Of a stretch of 64,000 nucleotides of DNA, positions 1 through 13,000 are shown in pieces (positions within the stretch are counted from its first letter, which is position 1; each line of letters opens with the position of its first letter). The notes below the pieces were generated by a model. It was not told where the DNA came from. It searched no databases and saw only the letters and a list, made by a program, of their open reading frames with translations. This stretch comes from Rhina ancylostomus (lineage: Eukaryota). The stretch is taken from positions 37,466,550 through 37,530,549 of the forward strand of contig JARFYF010000022.1 of NCBI GenBank assembly GCA_030265395.1. Direction: 5' to 3'. The translations under genes and the position numbers were made by a program.

Positions 1-37
1 TGTTGATGAGATGCCCAGCTCAGCCCAGCCCAATCAG

Positions 38-87
38 GAACACAACAAACAAGACTGACATATTGCTCCATGTCACACAACTTTATT
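38..87 (-). terminator. Polyadenylation signal of nap1l4 (AATAAA 82-87) with downstream GU-rich element
   Basis: Minus strand AATAAA, followed ~27 nt later by GTCTTGTTTGTTGTGTT, with upstream TGTA motifs; implies a ~0.9 kb 3'UTR. Confidence 0.7.
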
Positions 88-966
88 AGAATACTCTGGC
101 TATTCTGTACAAATTGAAAACAGCATAGTAAGGTACATTACAACTGTGTAGAACAAGGTAAGGCTGGAGCACTCTATGCTGGACAGTACTGTGCACTGGC
201 CATAAAAATAGATGTGTGTTAAAGATTTTTACTTCCACAGGAATACTGATGATGATTCTCACAACATCCTAAATGTGCATCTGTTCTGGAGATGAAGTGG
301 ATGCAACTGGAACTAAATGTCCAGGAAATTGGATTTTTCTTCCCCCCCCACCACATGCTGGTTGGTAGTTCTGTGTAACAGTAATAAATAAGTCTATGAT
401 AATAACACTTCAGCACAGCCTCCATGTATATATAGTTTTGTATACCATCACCATTTTGGACTTCAACAGCAATGGCAATAATAGCACAGTTGGACTGGGT
501 AGGAAATTAAGCTTTTGTAATATATTTAAATATTAATGGAAAGAATGCTAAAACTCTGTAGCTGCTCACAAATATTGGGCAGCACAGGAAAGATACACTT
601 CAGAAGACTGTGAAAATCACCACTGACTCACTCAGCATAGTTGCAAGTGACAAGCGTGTAACACTCACTACATTTCAAAATACCAGTGTTCATTAGAGCT
701 GCAGAGTGCATGCTTGCTTTACCTTACAGTCGTGAACCCTTCAGCATTTTTGAAGTAGAATTGTTTTTTTTTCACTGTAAAATAAGCAAAAAGTAGGAAA
801 AGGAAAAACTGAAATTAGAGCAACCCATGCATTTTAAAATAGTGTTTAGCTTATAAGATTGTGCCGCAGTAGGGAGGTGTTGCCGCAACTGCACGAGAGT
901 ATTTTAGATACACTTTATCACATGGCATCAGTCTCTAGGCAGTGGTGTTTCCTCGGTACCACACTC

Positions 967-1005
967 CTATTGCTGCTTGCATTCAGCAGGCTGGTTGGGT
1001 TCTTT
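967..1005 (-). CDS. nap1l4: nap1l4 terminal coding exon (KEPNQPAECKQQ*)
   Basis: ttcctctcttccag|AAA GAA CCC AAC CAG CCT GCT GAA TGC AAG CAG CAA TAG. Confidence 0.95.
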   Translation of the reverse strand, partial: KEPNQPAECKQQ

Positions 1006-4000
1006 CTGGAAGAGAGGAAAATATCTGGTCAGCCAGAGTTCTCACAGGTCTACTATCTGCAGCACTGGCATGCATGCTAGCCAATGTCTGGACAATAAGA
1101 ATAGCACTGGGATTGAGGGAGAGTTAATGGAAGTAGCTGAGATGATCCTACTCATTTGGGACTTTTAGTATTAATGAAATTTTAGGAAGCCTAGTGGAAC
1201 AGAGACAAGAGGGAGGGAAGAGTACAATTACTAGAGCTCTTTTCTTACCCACCATATTTTAAAACAGCTCAGTGAACAAGAAAATGAACAATGGAATATC
1301 CCCAATAATTCCAGATCTGGCAGAGAAATGCAAATGAGTTCATTTCCAATCTCACTAACTTTTACTTGCTTGTAAAAATACAAATGGGAACAAAGATGGA
1401 GGTTTNNNNNNNNNNNNNNNNNNNNNNNNNNNNNNNNNNNNNNNNNNNNNNNNNNNNNNNNNNNNNNNNNNNNNNNNNNNNNNNNNNNNNNNNNNNNNNN
1501 NNNNNNNNNNNNNNNNNNNNNNNNNNNNNNNNNNNNNNNNNNNNNNNNGATTACTTTCAAATGCAAACAATCAGAATCTTCTCAGGAGGAATTCTAGTAA
1601 TAACCAATCATTAAAAGAATGATAACTCAGTAATACTCTCAATAACACAGGCCACACATCCTCTTATCCCTCACACCCCCACAACCCATCATCCCACCAC
1701 AGATGTCCATCAACTGCACTCCCCACTATTACCCTATAATGAGGGGCAATCAACAGTAGCTAATTAACCCAGCAGAATATATTTGTGGGTGAAAACAAGA
1801 AACCCAGAGGAAATTCATGTGAACACAGAACATGGAACTCTGCAGACAACGCTCAGTCAGCTTGAACACAGGTCCCTGAAGTTGAAGCAGCAGCACTTGC
1901 TGTTGCACCACCATGCCATCTTTCACATGACAGGAGCCATACCAAATTAATAGTTGGTACATCCCAATCCCAGCTAGCAAATATATCCTTTATCTTCAAC
2001 AAATGTAAACAGCAAAATATAAATGAACATGAGGTGCTTGATATACAATATGTACATGAGAAACAGAAAATGCTGGAAATTCTCAGGTCAGACAGCATCT
2101 GCAAAGAGAAGTGTTAAAATTTTGAGCTCTTGATCTTCCATCAGAATATATATATTTTAAAGTAATAAAAAAAAGTTAGAAGTAAGTAGACCCGCAGAGG
2201 AATTTAAATATGAGAATTTTAAATTGTACATTAAGGGACTGGATGCCCACTTAGGTCAGCAATGACAAGAATGCTAGGAGAATGTACATCGTATTGGAAA
2301 TTGATATAAAATTGTTGCGGATAAGTGGATGACAAATCCTGGGTAGGTTATGGAAGACAAGAGATTGCAGATGCTGGAGTCTGGAACAAACTGGGCAAGA
2401 GAAGATTTTGGGAAGGAGGCTGGGATGCATGGAATTCAAGTTGCAGGCATAGAATAGGAAGGAAAGCCATCGAGATGTTTTGGCTTTGATCAGATAGATG
2501 AGATAGAACCAAGTATATCATCCATTTATAGAGGACAAGGGATTAACATACTGTGGTCATGTTATAATGCCACAGAGACTGAAAGACAGATTAGGTTGCA
2601 ACTTTGATAAGAACATAACAAAAATGGGAGAAGTAGACTATGAACCTGCTCCATTCCACAAGATCATGACAAACTAACATTGGCCTCCACTTTTCAGCTC
2701 AATCCCTATCACCCTGAATTTCATTCATCCAGAAATCTCTCTCTCAACCACATATTTAATGAATCAGAACCAAAGCACTCAAGTTGAGAATTCCATACAG
2801 TGACAACTCTCAAAGAAGAAACTGCTCATCTCAATCTTAAATGGGACTCTTAATCCTGAAACTATGGCCCCAGTTCCAGATTCAACCAACAAAACCAATA
2901 TCTTCACACAATCAACCTCTATCGTCCCTACCAGAATCTTCTGCATCTCAGTAAGGTCACCTTTCTATTCTTGAATTCCAAACTTGCTCAACTTTCCTCA
3001 ATCTTTTCATCCCAACAATCACTTTCTCCAAGGATAATCAAAGTACTGCTAATGTGATCTCACTGAAGTCCTGTGCAGTTGTGGCAAGGCTATGCATACC
3101 CTCAATACCATGAGCCCTTAATTTGCATTGCAACCTTCTTTGTAGAACTTCATGGAATGCCTCGTTGAAATCAAAATACACTACATCTGCTGGTTTGCCT
3201 GTATTGACCCCATTAGATGCATCCACAAAGAACCATTCAATTTGTCAAATGCTACAGNNNNNNNNNNAATTTGGCATCCTTGGGACTTTGATGCTGCATG
3301 AGATTTATGGAACTGTTGGATGTTACTCCTATTCATAAATCCAACATTATTATTTCACTTGTTTCAAAAAAAATACAAGTTGAAAGGGAGCAGGAAATAG
3401 AACCTGGTGAGTTGAGTTTCAGCTTGCCAAACAGAATTAAACTAACCTAAAAGCACCGTCAACCCCAACTCCAGCCGCAAACCTACCCACATTCAGGTGT
3501 TCCCAACCCTCCCAAGTCCAGCTTACATTCTGGATTCTGGCCCGAGCCACATACACTCCCTCCTTGCACTGCAAACTAATGAGTGAGCCAGATGCCAAAT
3601 CAATGGGATTTATGAATTATTGGATACCAGGGTATCCGAGTTTTAAATGCACTTTTTCATAAAACTGATCTGCCTAATCACATGATGATTTGAAAGGGGC
3701 GATTCAGTGTTCTTAAAGACAGCTACCAGGAAAGAGTCAAACGTGAAAGTTTCAGGAAAGATGGATACAGATTGAAGAAAGAATATGCTTAATGTGTTGA
3801 GAGAAAAGGAACAAAATAAGCAATTTTTTGGAAACTGAGAAGCATCTTCAAGATGAGAAAACAATGTTACCTAGGCATGGGTGGTGTGGAGAATGGAGTT
3901 AGAAAGAAAGTATCAAAAATCAGTTGGTCAGCATTTTATTAGAAATGAAGTCAAACATTTGGAAGGTGGGTCCAAGGAACAAAATGAGAATGCCTAAGAA

Positions 4001-7000
4001 ATAAGGGGAGGATGGATTTTATAAATGGAACACCGGAGAAATGTTTGGGTTGGAGGAATAACGATAAGCAGAAAGCCATTGAATAAATGATTGGATCTTT
4101 TCAGCAAGAGACTTGGCCTGCTCATACTTCCCAGGTGAAATAAGGACACAGACAACTGTCAGCTGTCCTCTTGCCCCACCTTCCTAAAACCTCAGGTTAT
4201 CTTTCCACTCAAAGATTACTGTACAACTACGGGCAGTTTCGGTAGAGAAAAGCAAGACTAATGCTCAATTTGGTATAGTTAGATTTAGTGATGGATATAA
4301 CTGTCTCATATGCGCACCTCAAGCACTGAGGTTGAGTTGGATCACAGTGAACCCAACATGTGTATTTGAGAGAACAGAGTGTCATGGATGATTCTGTAAA
4401 CTTGCATCACTAAAGCCTAAAAGTGACAGTTTTATGATAGTGAATAGAGTCAATCTTCAGCAAGAGAAAACATTAAACTTTCAATGTTTTTCAGTAATCA
4501 TTTCATCTGCTGAAGGAAGAGTACACAACACATGGCCTGTACACCACATTCGGATAGATCTGTTCTGTTTGCACTCACTATCCCAGCAGCCTTGTTTCTG
4601 TCCCATATGGTCACACACCACACTGGTGGCTCGCAGATGACTTGCTAGCAGTTTCCAGAAATACCCAGGACAACCTCAACTCTTTTAAAAGGAACAACCT
4701 GTGACAGAGAATGCTGTACAGCCTGCAATTGAAGACCCAAGGCAGTTCTCAATTTCTTCCCTAAGCCAAATTCCGGGTCCCTTTCATCCCAAGTCACGCC
4801 AGGACCAGGGACCCAGAGATGAGACACACAAGGACTACATCAGACCTGGTCTCACCTTCCAAGCCCAGGTCCAGACCCACTTGTAATGTACTGCAGGCAC
4901 ACATCTGGAAGGTGGATAGCAACAAATGGAACAGTAAGGACTATGGCATTTGCAGCTAAAAACATGCATCTCCTGAGCAGTCTTGGAAATCATCTGACTA
5001 TCTGGGGGGAAAAAAAGTGTGCCAAAACAATTACTGCAATGGATCTAAACTGTGAATTACAACTCGAAGGGTAAAACTGTTCAATGCCAGAAATCCTTGC
5101 AGGGTAATCAGAATGAGTTTTGTGCAGTTTTACAGGACCTGCAGGATAGGGTAAAGGGAACAATGTACATGGTAATGGTTTGAGAGAGATTCCCACATGC
5201 ATTGCACCCTTTGTACTGCTTCCACATAGATGTGACTCCCAAAACCAAAAGTTTATCTACCACTTTGTTTACCCAGCCAGGTGCATCTTACAAGTTCAAT
5301 CTCATTAAAGGACAACATGCCAGAACATCGATCTCACTCCTCCAGCATTCACTTGGAAGGCAAGGGCATGAAACTATGTGCAACTTGTACCTGATACTTA
5401 AATAACTGAGTGTTTCTAGGACCTTGAAGGGATTTGAAGCAGAATTCCATGCTGCTAACCTAGCCCCAAACAATAAAAAGGTACAATACATCCAGCCCTG
5501 GAGTCCAAAATACAACTGATATTCACAAAATGAATGCAGTTGGATCAGCCTTATTAGCTGCAGACCAAATCAGAATTCAATTGATCTTACACCTAAGCAC
5601 GTAATACTAAGACGTGCAGTTGAATCTTCATAAATTACAGCTGGGAAGTAGGTGCGCACAGTAGTGGTGCTACACTTGCAACTTAAAGTTGAATTTCAAA
5701 TCTCACTATGGTAAGTTGCTTCCATTCAGAAAGATTGCAGAGCTGTTGTAAATAAAATCTGACACACCAATGTACTTCATGGAAGCTTTCTAATCCTATC
5801 TGGTTTAACTTGTACCTAAACAAGTTCCATAATATGTGGTTGACTTCATGCTTTGGACAAGCCACTATGTTGTGCAAAATAAAGGAGTGATGACCAAGAT
5901 ATCAGATAAAGAGAAGGCTGCAAATCCTTTCTAGCATTTGGTGGTAAAACTGGATCATTTAATCATCTATTAGCCAAAATACAAAACTCATCCTCCAATA
6001 TCCATAGGTATGCCTCATTTCATCAGTAACACAACGAAACTGAAGGGATAAAGAGTGTTATACTTTCAAGCCAGAATGCTTTTCAGATATCTCAGAAGTG
6101 TCTGCAGCTGGTGAAGACCCTTGGCTTCAGGTAAAGTGCAAAAGAAACAACCTGCCAAATACTACATACTACACCCCAAGTTGCTGAATTAGTACTTTTG
6201 TCAAATACGATTAAATATTAGGGGAAAATCAAGGGCATGGAGAACAGACAGACTAGAGATTTTTAGAAATCCAACAAAGGGCCCAGCTGTCCAGTGGACG
6301 TTCAAGGTCTCCACGGAAAGGATACAAGGCAGTTATTCCCACCTTCCCACTTCTCGCCCCCCACCACCCAAGTCCCCGCACTGGGGAGTCTAGAACTAAA
6401 GAATCACAGTCTCAGAATAGTCAGCAGAGATAAAGGAAAATATCTTTCAAATTCTCTGCCCTGGTGAGCTATGGAGCACAGTCTGAGTTCATTCAGAACA
6501 GGAATTGATATTCTACATATTTACAGGATCAGAGATCAGAGGATCTGGGCATAGTGCAAGAAAATAGCATTAAGGTGAAGGATCAGCCGTGACTTCGATG
6601 AATGGAGGAATGTGGAAAGGCCAAATGGACCATACCTGCTCCTAAATTTTATATTCTTATGATGGGCTGAAGCATTTGTTAGAAAACTGATTAATCCCAG
6701 GGACCAACCCTATTTGAGCATCATACCATGCATAAATTAGAACTAACAGGTCATACACATTCTTGCGCAAAGTAGCCTTAAACCGAATGGACGAGAACGA
6801 TGTATGGTAACCTGACCAGAGGTAGCCAAGAATTGTGGCAGACAAACAAAGAATATTTCACTTTTAATAATATATATACCTGAAGAGTAGACCACAATAC
6901 AAAGCTGAAGTACTGACATGCGTCTTAACAAAATGTATTGAGCAGATATTCCCATTTAATTATCTTAGATTCCAGCATCTAGCCAACTTGGTTAAAAATA

Positions 7001-10000
7001 AGCTTTTAATATGAAAGGGATAGTTTCCACAAAGCAGACTGGAAAATGAAATTGTATGATACAGTTACAGAGCTAACTCAAAACAATCTTAAATTACTGT
7101 AGAGACAAACATTGAAATACTGAAAAATTTCCAAATTGGTTCAGCCTTAAAATGAGTTCAATTGTGACTAAAGATACAGAGTAAAAGTTAAGCAAAAGGT
7201 GATCAGAGAAATAAGGCAGAAAATTCCCTTACCTAGAAACGTACAATTGTTTTACTGAGATATGAATTATACCTAAGCAGGGGAAAATTCAGAACAAAAT
7301 AGGTCAATATCAATGTCACTGAAATGAAATAATCAGGGCTAGGCAAACTCTAAAAAGGTATTCAAACCTACCAGATACTGAGCTTAAATAGCATAGCAAT
7401 GTTGAAGAAATGTTAGGGAGAGTCAGCAATTACTGAGACCTGATCAGATTGGATACCGATATCAATCATTAATGCCTACACAAATTACTCTTTTTTTGTA
7501 TTACAAAATACTTAAATGTCTCAAGTGTTTGGAACAGAGTCACATGTGCTGTCTCCTAAACTTAGTCCTAATAAGCATTTAAAATACATTTCAATCTTTG
7601 CTTAATAATCCAAAGAAGTCAAATTCTTGAACACAGTGTACTTTTTTGGAGCATGCTCACAATCACTTATGATTTTAATTCAAAGGTACAGCAGCCCCAG
7701 TCCCTTATCCAATATGATAGAAAATGCATACCAAAGGTAAAATGGAGATTTAAAAAAAAGTTATTTCTTCTCACAATACCATAAATAAAACACTTGAAAG
7801 CATCTACGTTGCTGTTTTGCACAATTTCCTAATCTGCACAATAATCCAGTATATCTACAAATAGAAAATAACTTGTGTTAAAAATTCAACTATTCAGTAT
7901 TAATATGAATTTTGTTTAACACATTTAGGATAAATCAAATAGTTACTCAAGAGTTTATGGTAAATCCCATTTCTCTTTGTACACTTTCAATAGGAAAGGT
8001 TGCTCTCCAACTCCACATACAAAACCAAGGGTGAAAAAAATTCTGGGAGATCTGCTTGCGCGACTGTAACTACTCTGTAACTGGACCACATATTCAATGA
8101 AGCATTTAAGGAAGAAATGACAGGGTAATTGTACTGGCACGTTATTCATTTCCATTACATATTAGTATAGCCACATCAAATATTAGGCTGGTTGTGATGA
8201 TTTATATGTCGATCTTTATCTCCTTTCAAGAAGTCCATTAAAAAGGTGTTAGATAAACAAACACAAATTGCTTTAGATAGACCAAAATGAGATAACCAAA
8301 TCACAAATTGTAAGGAAAACTGCATCATATACAGAGGATGCCTCCTTTGAAAAGGAGGCAATGAGAACATTGCCAATATGTTTTCTGAGATGAGTTAAGA
8401 AATGGTATTGAAAAAGCTGATGGCAGGTAAATCACCAGCTCTGGATGTGCATGCTAGATAGTGAGAGAATTAACTGTAGTTATTATGGAGGTGCTAGGAA
8501 AGAATAAACCTGATTTTAAATGTATTAGTTTAATATCAGTGGTTTGGTTGTTGCAGAAAACCTGCAAAATACTCTGAAGTTGATGTCAAATATGGAGTCC
8601 AATTCTGGGAATTACAATTTGGGAAGGATATATAGATGGTATTCAAGATTTGCAAGGAAGGATACAGTTTTGAGGGAATACAAACGTGTAGATGAGACTT
8701 TTTGTAATGTTCCTTTTGGTTCTTTAGTCAATTACCTCAAATCTGGGGCCTATGCTTAATGACCCTTTAATCACTGGAAAACTTCCATCTGAACTCAATA
8801 TTCAACTCAAGTCTTCCTCAGCCTTCCACTGCAAGAAGAACTCAACTGAAAATAGTTAGCGCACTGTACTATGCAAAGATTACAAAAAAATCACCATGCA
8901 GTTTTACTAAGGAAAGGTTAAAACAGCTGCAAAAGAACTGTACAAGAGTAAAAGTACAAACCATTTCAGAAGTCCCCAAGATTGACTTGGGAATTGTTCA
9001 TTGTAAGGACAGCATTTAACTGTGTTCTCTTTTAACATCGTTAAGTGAAATTTTAACTAACACTTCTGGACTATGCTTTGCTTCATTTTAATCTAATAAA
9101 AGTTATTTACCAGTTAGATCAGTATTGATTTGGTGGATTAAGTCTTGTATTAGTGGAATCAAATAAGGAAAATGTCATTACTAGGACACAGAAGTGCACT
9201 TAAGATTCTAAAACAAAAGTTGAAAAAACTGGTTGATCATTAACTGCAGTTTACCTTTTAAAAAGGTTCAGATTCAGTTTGGGGTATTGTGGATAGGAAG
9301 ATAAAACTCCTTCCCAATTTTCTGAATTGAATTATATTTGAGCAGCTGTTTTGAAAGACAACTTCAGCAGGACATGTATTGATGGAACAGCCTTTGCTAA
9401 AACCCAAGTTTTGTCCTAAAGTACTGACCACCTAGAAACAATAAATGAAAATCTCAATTTTGAGACTGACTGTTATGGCCTGACTTGACTTTTGTAAAAA
9501 CCAGTTTTGTGCAAGAAAAAAAAACCTGTCAAGGCTTTAAAAGATCAAAGCTCTTGAAACATTCCAACCAATACAAAGTAATAGTCCACAGTTACTGCAA
9601 TTTAGGACCACACTAAGCCTTGGGGAAGAGAAACAACAATCTATTAAAGGCCTTGTGTGGTTAAGGTTGATTTATTTGAAATTGAGGAATGACTAATTGC
9701 TTCAGAAGCTCAAGGCAACATATCCAAATACCAATAGTTAAAACTATAAAAGGATAACGATTTACCTTAAATCACTACATGCTGTTATTTACTTGTTTAT
9801 CCTTTTATATTTGGATATGTACATACTACACGAGTACACGAAAATAAACAAGAACAAAAAAAAAATCAAAAGGTCTACACAAACCCTAAAAATGAATTAT
9901 GGTGGCTTTTTATATAAATCAACATCCAATTGATTTTAAACACAAGTTGATGTTGAGCTCTGCATACACCAAAGAAATATTCCAATGTTACAGAAATTAC

Positions 10001-13000
10001 TGAAAATCCTTTCAATTGGTGTATGGTAACCTGAACTTTAGAGTACTGGAATTAAAAACTAGGAGCCTAAAAACAAAATCTGAGATTTGCAAATTGTAAA
10101 ATTAAAATCAGTAAATGCAATTCAAAAAATTATTTAAGAAGAAATAAAAACTTTTTTTAATATTTTAAAATCTCAGATTTACTACTGGGCCTAGCTTCCA
10201 CCCAACTTCCAAGGAATCTTAATGCCCTTAGTGTAATTAGGTGATGAATACAAAAAGGTCAAAAGGTGTTGACACAACTCCAGATGCCTTAAAATAATGA
10301 CCAGTGATGGAAATAAAACAAATGTTTCTGGGCAAACGTGGTCAACTTTTTTTTAAATATACACACAGCTAGATCAAGTTAGATCATACATAAATTCAGG
10401 AAATATTTTCAATACATTATGCAAACCAGATAAATCGAAGATCAATTGACTAAATCTGTACATTCCTTTATACACAGCCTCCTTCTCATTGTCTTTTTGC
10501 TGAATCTTTTAAGTTTCAAAAACCTGGAATCGGAGGCTGCCAAGTTTAGACCAAACATAACTTCAAGCAGCATCCAGGTTTCTCTTGCAACATTTTAATA
10601 AGGGAACAAAGATGTGATGCCTATCATTGCATGAATAGCAGCTCGCATGAACAATTGTATTTTTGAGCAACTCTGAAATTCAATAGTTGAAAATTTTATG
10701 ATTCAATGTACTAGAAATTTAATTATTTTGAACTGTAGGAACATACATAAAGGATAAATTGAATGCTAATAACAAGCAACAGGTAAATTGAAATCCTTTA
10801 GCTGACTGACCTGCTGAGTATTGCCAGCATTCTCTGTTTAGTTTCAGATTTTCAGCACCTGACGATGCTTGCTGCTGTTTAAATTAAGACTAAGATGGCT
10901 GCATTTTTAATTTGAAGCTAACAAAAACTCACTTTAGGATCAATCTCAGCATCGTCATCTTCATCTCCTTCTTCCTCATCATCATCATCCTGTAAAGGGA
11001 ATGTTTCAGATTATTAAAGTAGACATGGCATTAAACAGAACTTGATGTCACAAATTCAAGACAACTTGAAGTGGATGAAACAAATTTGTAATTATTGTAA
11101 CAAAAGCCACAATAATTGACTACAGCCCCCACCCCACCACCTTCTTAAGGCACAGCTTCATCAGGATCTTCACCTAGTCGGAAGGCAAAGTGTCATTCTT
11201 AATACCTCATGAAGAACACATACATCATACAGCAAGATCTTCCCAATACTGAATTCCTCACATTATACTGCGTGCCATTCTCTTGGGAATCACTTAACCA
11301 ATCTACATCTCATCGAATACTCTTCACATCTTAAAAATATCCCAGTTTTGTATCTCCTGCAAATTTTAAAATATTACATCCAATTTGCTAAGTTATTGAA
11401 ACAGATTATAAACTGGAGCACAAACACTGATCCTTGTGGCAATCAATTAGTCACATTCTGAAAATGACACCAATATCCCTTTCTTTTTTCGTTAATCCAC
11501 ACACATTCATGCTGATATTTTAGCCCAATTCTTTGAGACCTAATAGTGTGCAATAATCCAATGCGTGACATCTAATCAAGTGCCTTCAAGATCCTAATAT
11601 ACTAGACTTGCTGGATCAGAACTTGGTTATCTGAGCTCAGCCCAATAGGGCCGGAGTATGTTTTGTACAAGTTTGATATGAATATCAAAAAATAATGTCG
11701 TCTTCAGGCTTGGGTTGGTTTTGATGGGCCACAATCAGCTTTGGTATTAATTTTATACACGAGCGGATATCTGCACTGGATTTCCTTTATCGAACTGTGA
11801 TTACATTCTCAAATAACAGATTTGTCAAATGCTATTTTCCTTTCATAAAACTGTCTGGACTCTGCTAAAGTGTATTGCGAATTTCCAAGTGCCCTGCTAT
11901 CACATCCTTAATTTTAATCACGGTCAGTAACAATATGAGAGGTAACAATTATAGCAAATGCAAACTTGTACTTACAAAGTGATAGGAGAAGCTATTAAGC
12001 CCATCCACACCAACTTACAGGTAAAGAATATATCATTTATATTGCTTCTGGTGTAATGAGGTTAACTTAAGAGCAAGGAAACATGCAATTTTCATGAGTA
12101 AATAAAACCTGTTAAGGTAAACTGGAGACTTGTGAAAACATTAGTAGAGTCAATCTTACTCAAATTAAGGAAATCAAGACAATTCCAATTGTTATTCTTT
12201 AAAGGGCAAATTCAAGACAAAAGCATATTTAAGATTAAAGGAAGTTTTAAAATAAAAAAGGTTGGTAGTTATATCAGCCAAAGAAATGAAACTTACTGTA
12301 TAATTACTTACCTCCTCTTCACCTTCTTCTCCTTCCTCCACTTCATACTGGGGGGAAAAAAAAAGCACATTTCGTATGAAAGCTATAAGCTTATTAAAAA
12401 GGTCAGAGGTATAATTTTGAAACTGTAAAGCAATCTTCAATAAAAAAGATCAAACTAAAAAAACGTGAACATACTTCACATGCACTAAAGCTGTTCATTA
12501 GGATCCTCAATACTGAGAAACTAATTTTTCTGGATGTTGACACGGATTCTGTAGAACTTGCTTCCAAAGAATTTAATTTGATAAGCCAAAACCGAATTCA
12601 ACTACGAGATGATTGTATTCATATAGCGAGCCAATGAAAAGTTTTGCATTAAACCAAAAGGGCTGAACTGACTTGTGGCGGCTGTCAGCTAGAGTCTAGC
12701 TGGCCCCAAACACATCCTGGAATGACATGGCTCCACAGCAATTCTAGATGTACCGAGTGCCAGATGCATCTTCACTCAGCTCCACTGCTGAAGTCAGAGT
12801 CCAGCAGCTGAGCTCAATTGTACAGGAACTCCATTACTTCAATATGCAAAATTTGCCTCTCTGATCCTGTACCAGATATGATTCATATTGGAATCCCTAT
12901 TCATTGGAATGGGGTTTCCACTTAGATTAGGAAGAGAGTTTTTTTGCGCTTTATTTCAGTGCATTATTTATTCATGACAATGTATTTTATTAGAAAATTT

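Noticed and set aside
4640-5500. GC-richer patch with short ORFs
   Set aside because: No recognisable protein or splice pattern; probably a decayed TE that I cannot classify
5587-5600. Second ag|GTG TAA candidate for the V-stop exon
   Set aside because: Weak pyrimidine tract and no nearby donor, unlike 7233-7272
10918-10932. Intron read-through after exon 13 giving VSFC*
   Set aside because: Only an in-frame stop in an intron; no evidence of use, and the V-stop exon explains the short isoform better
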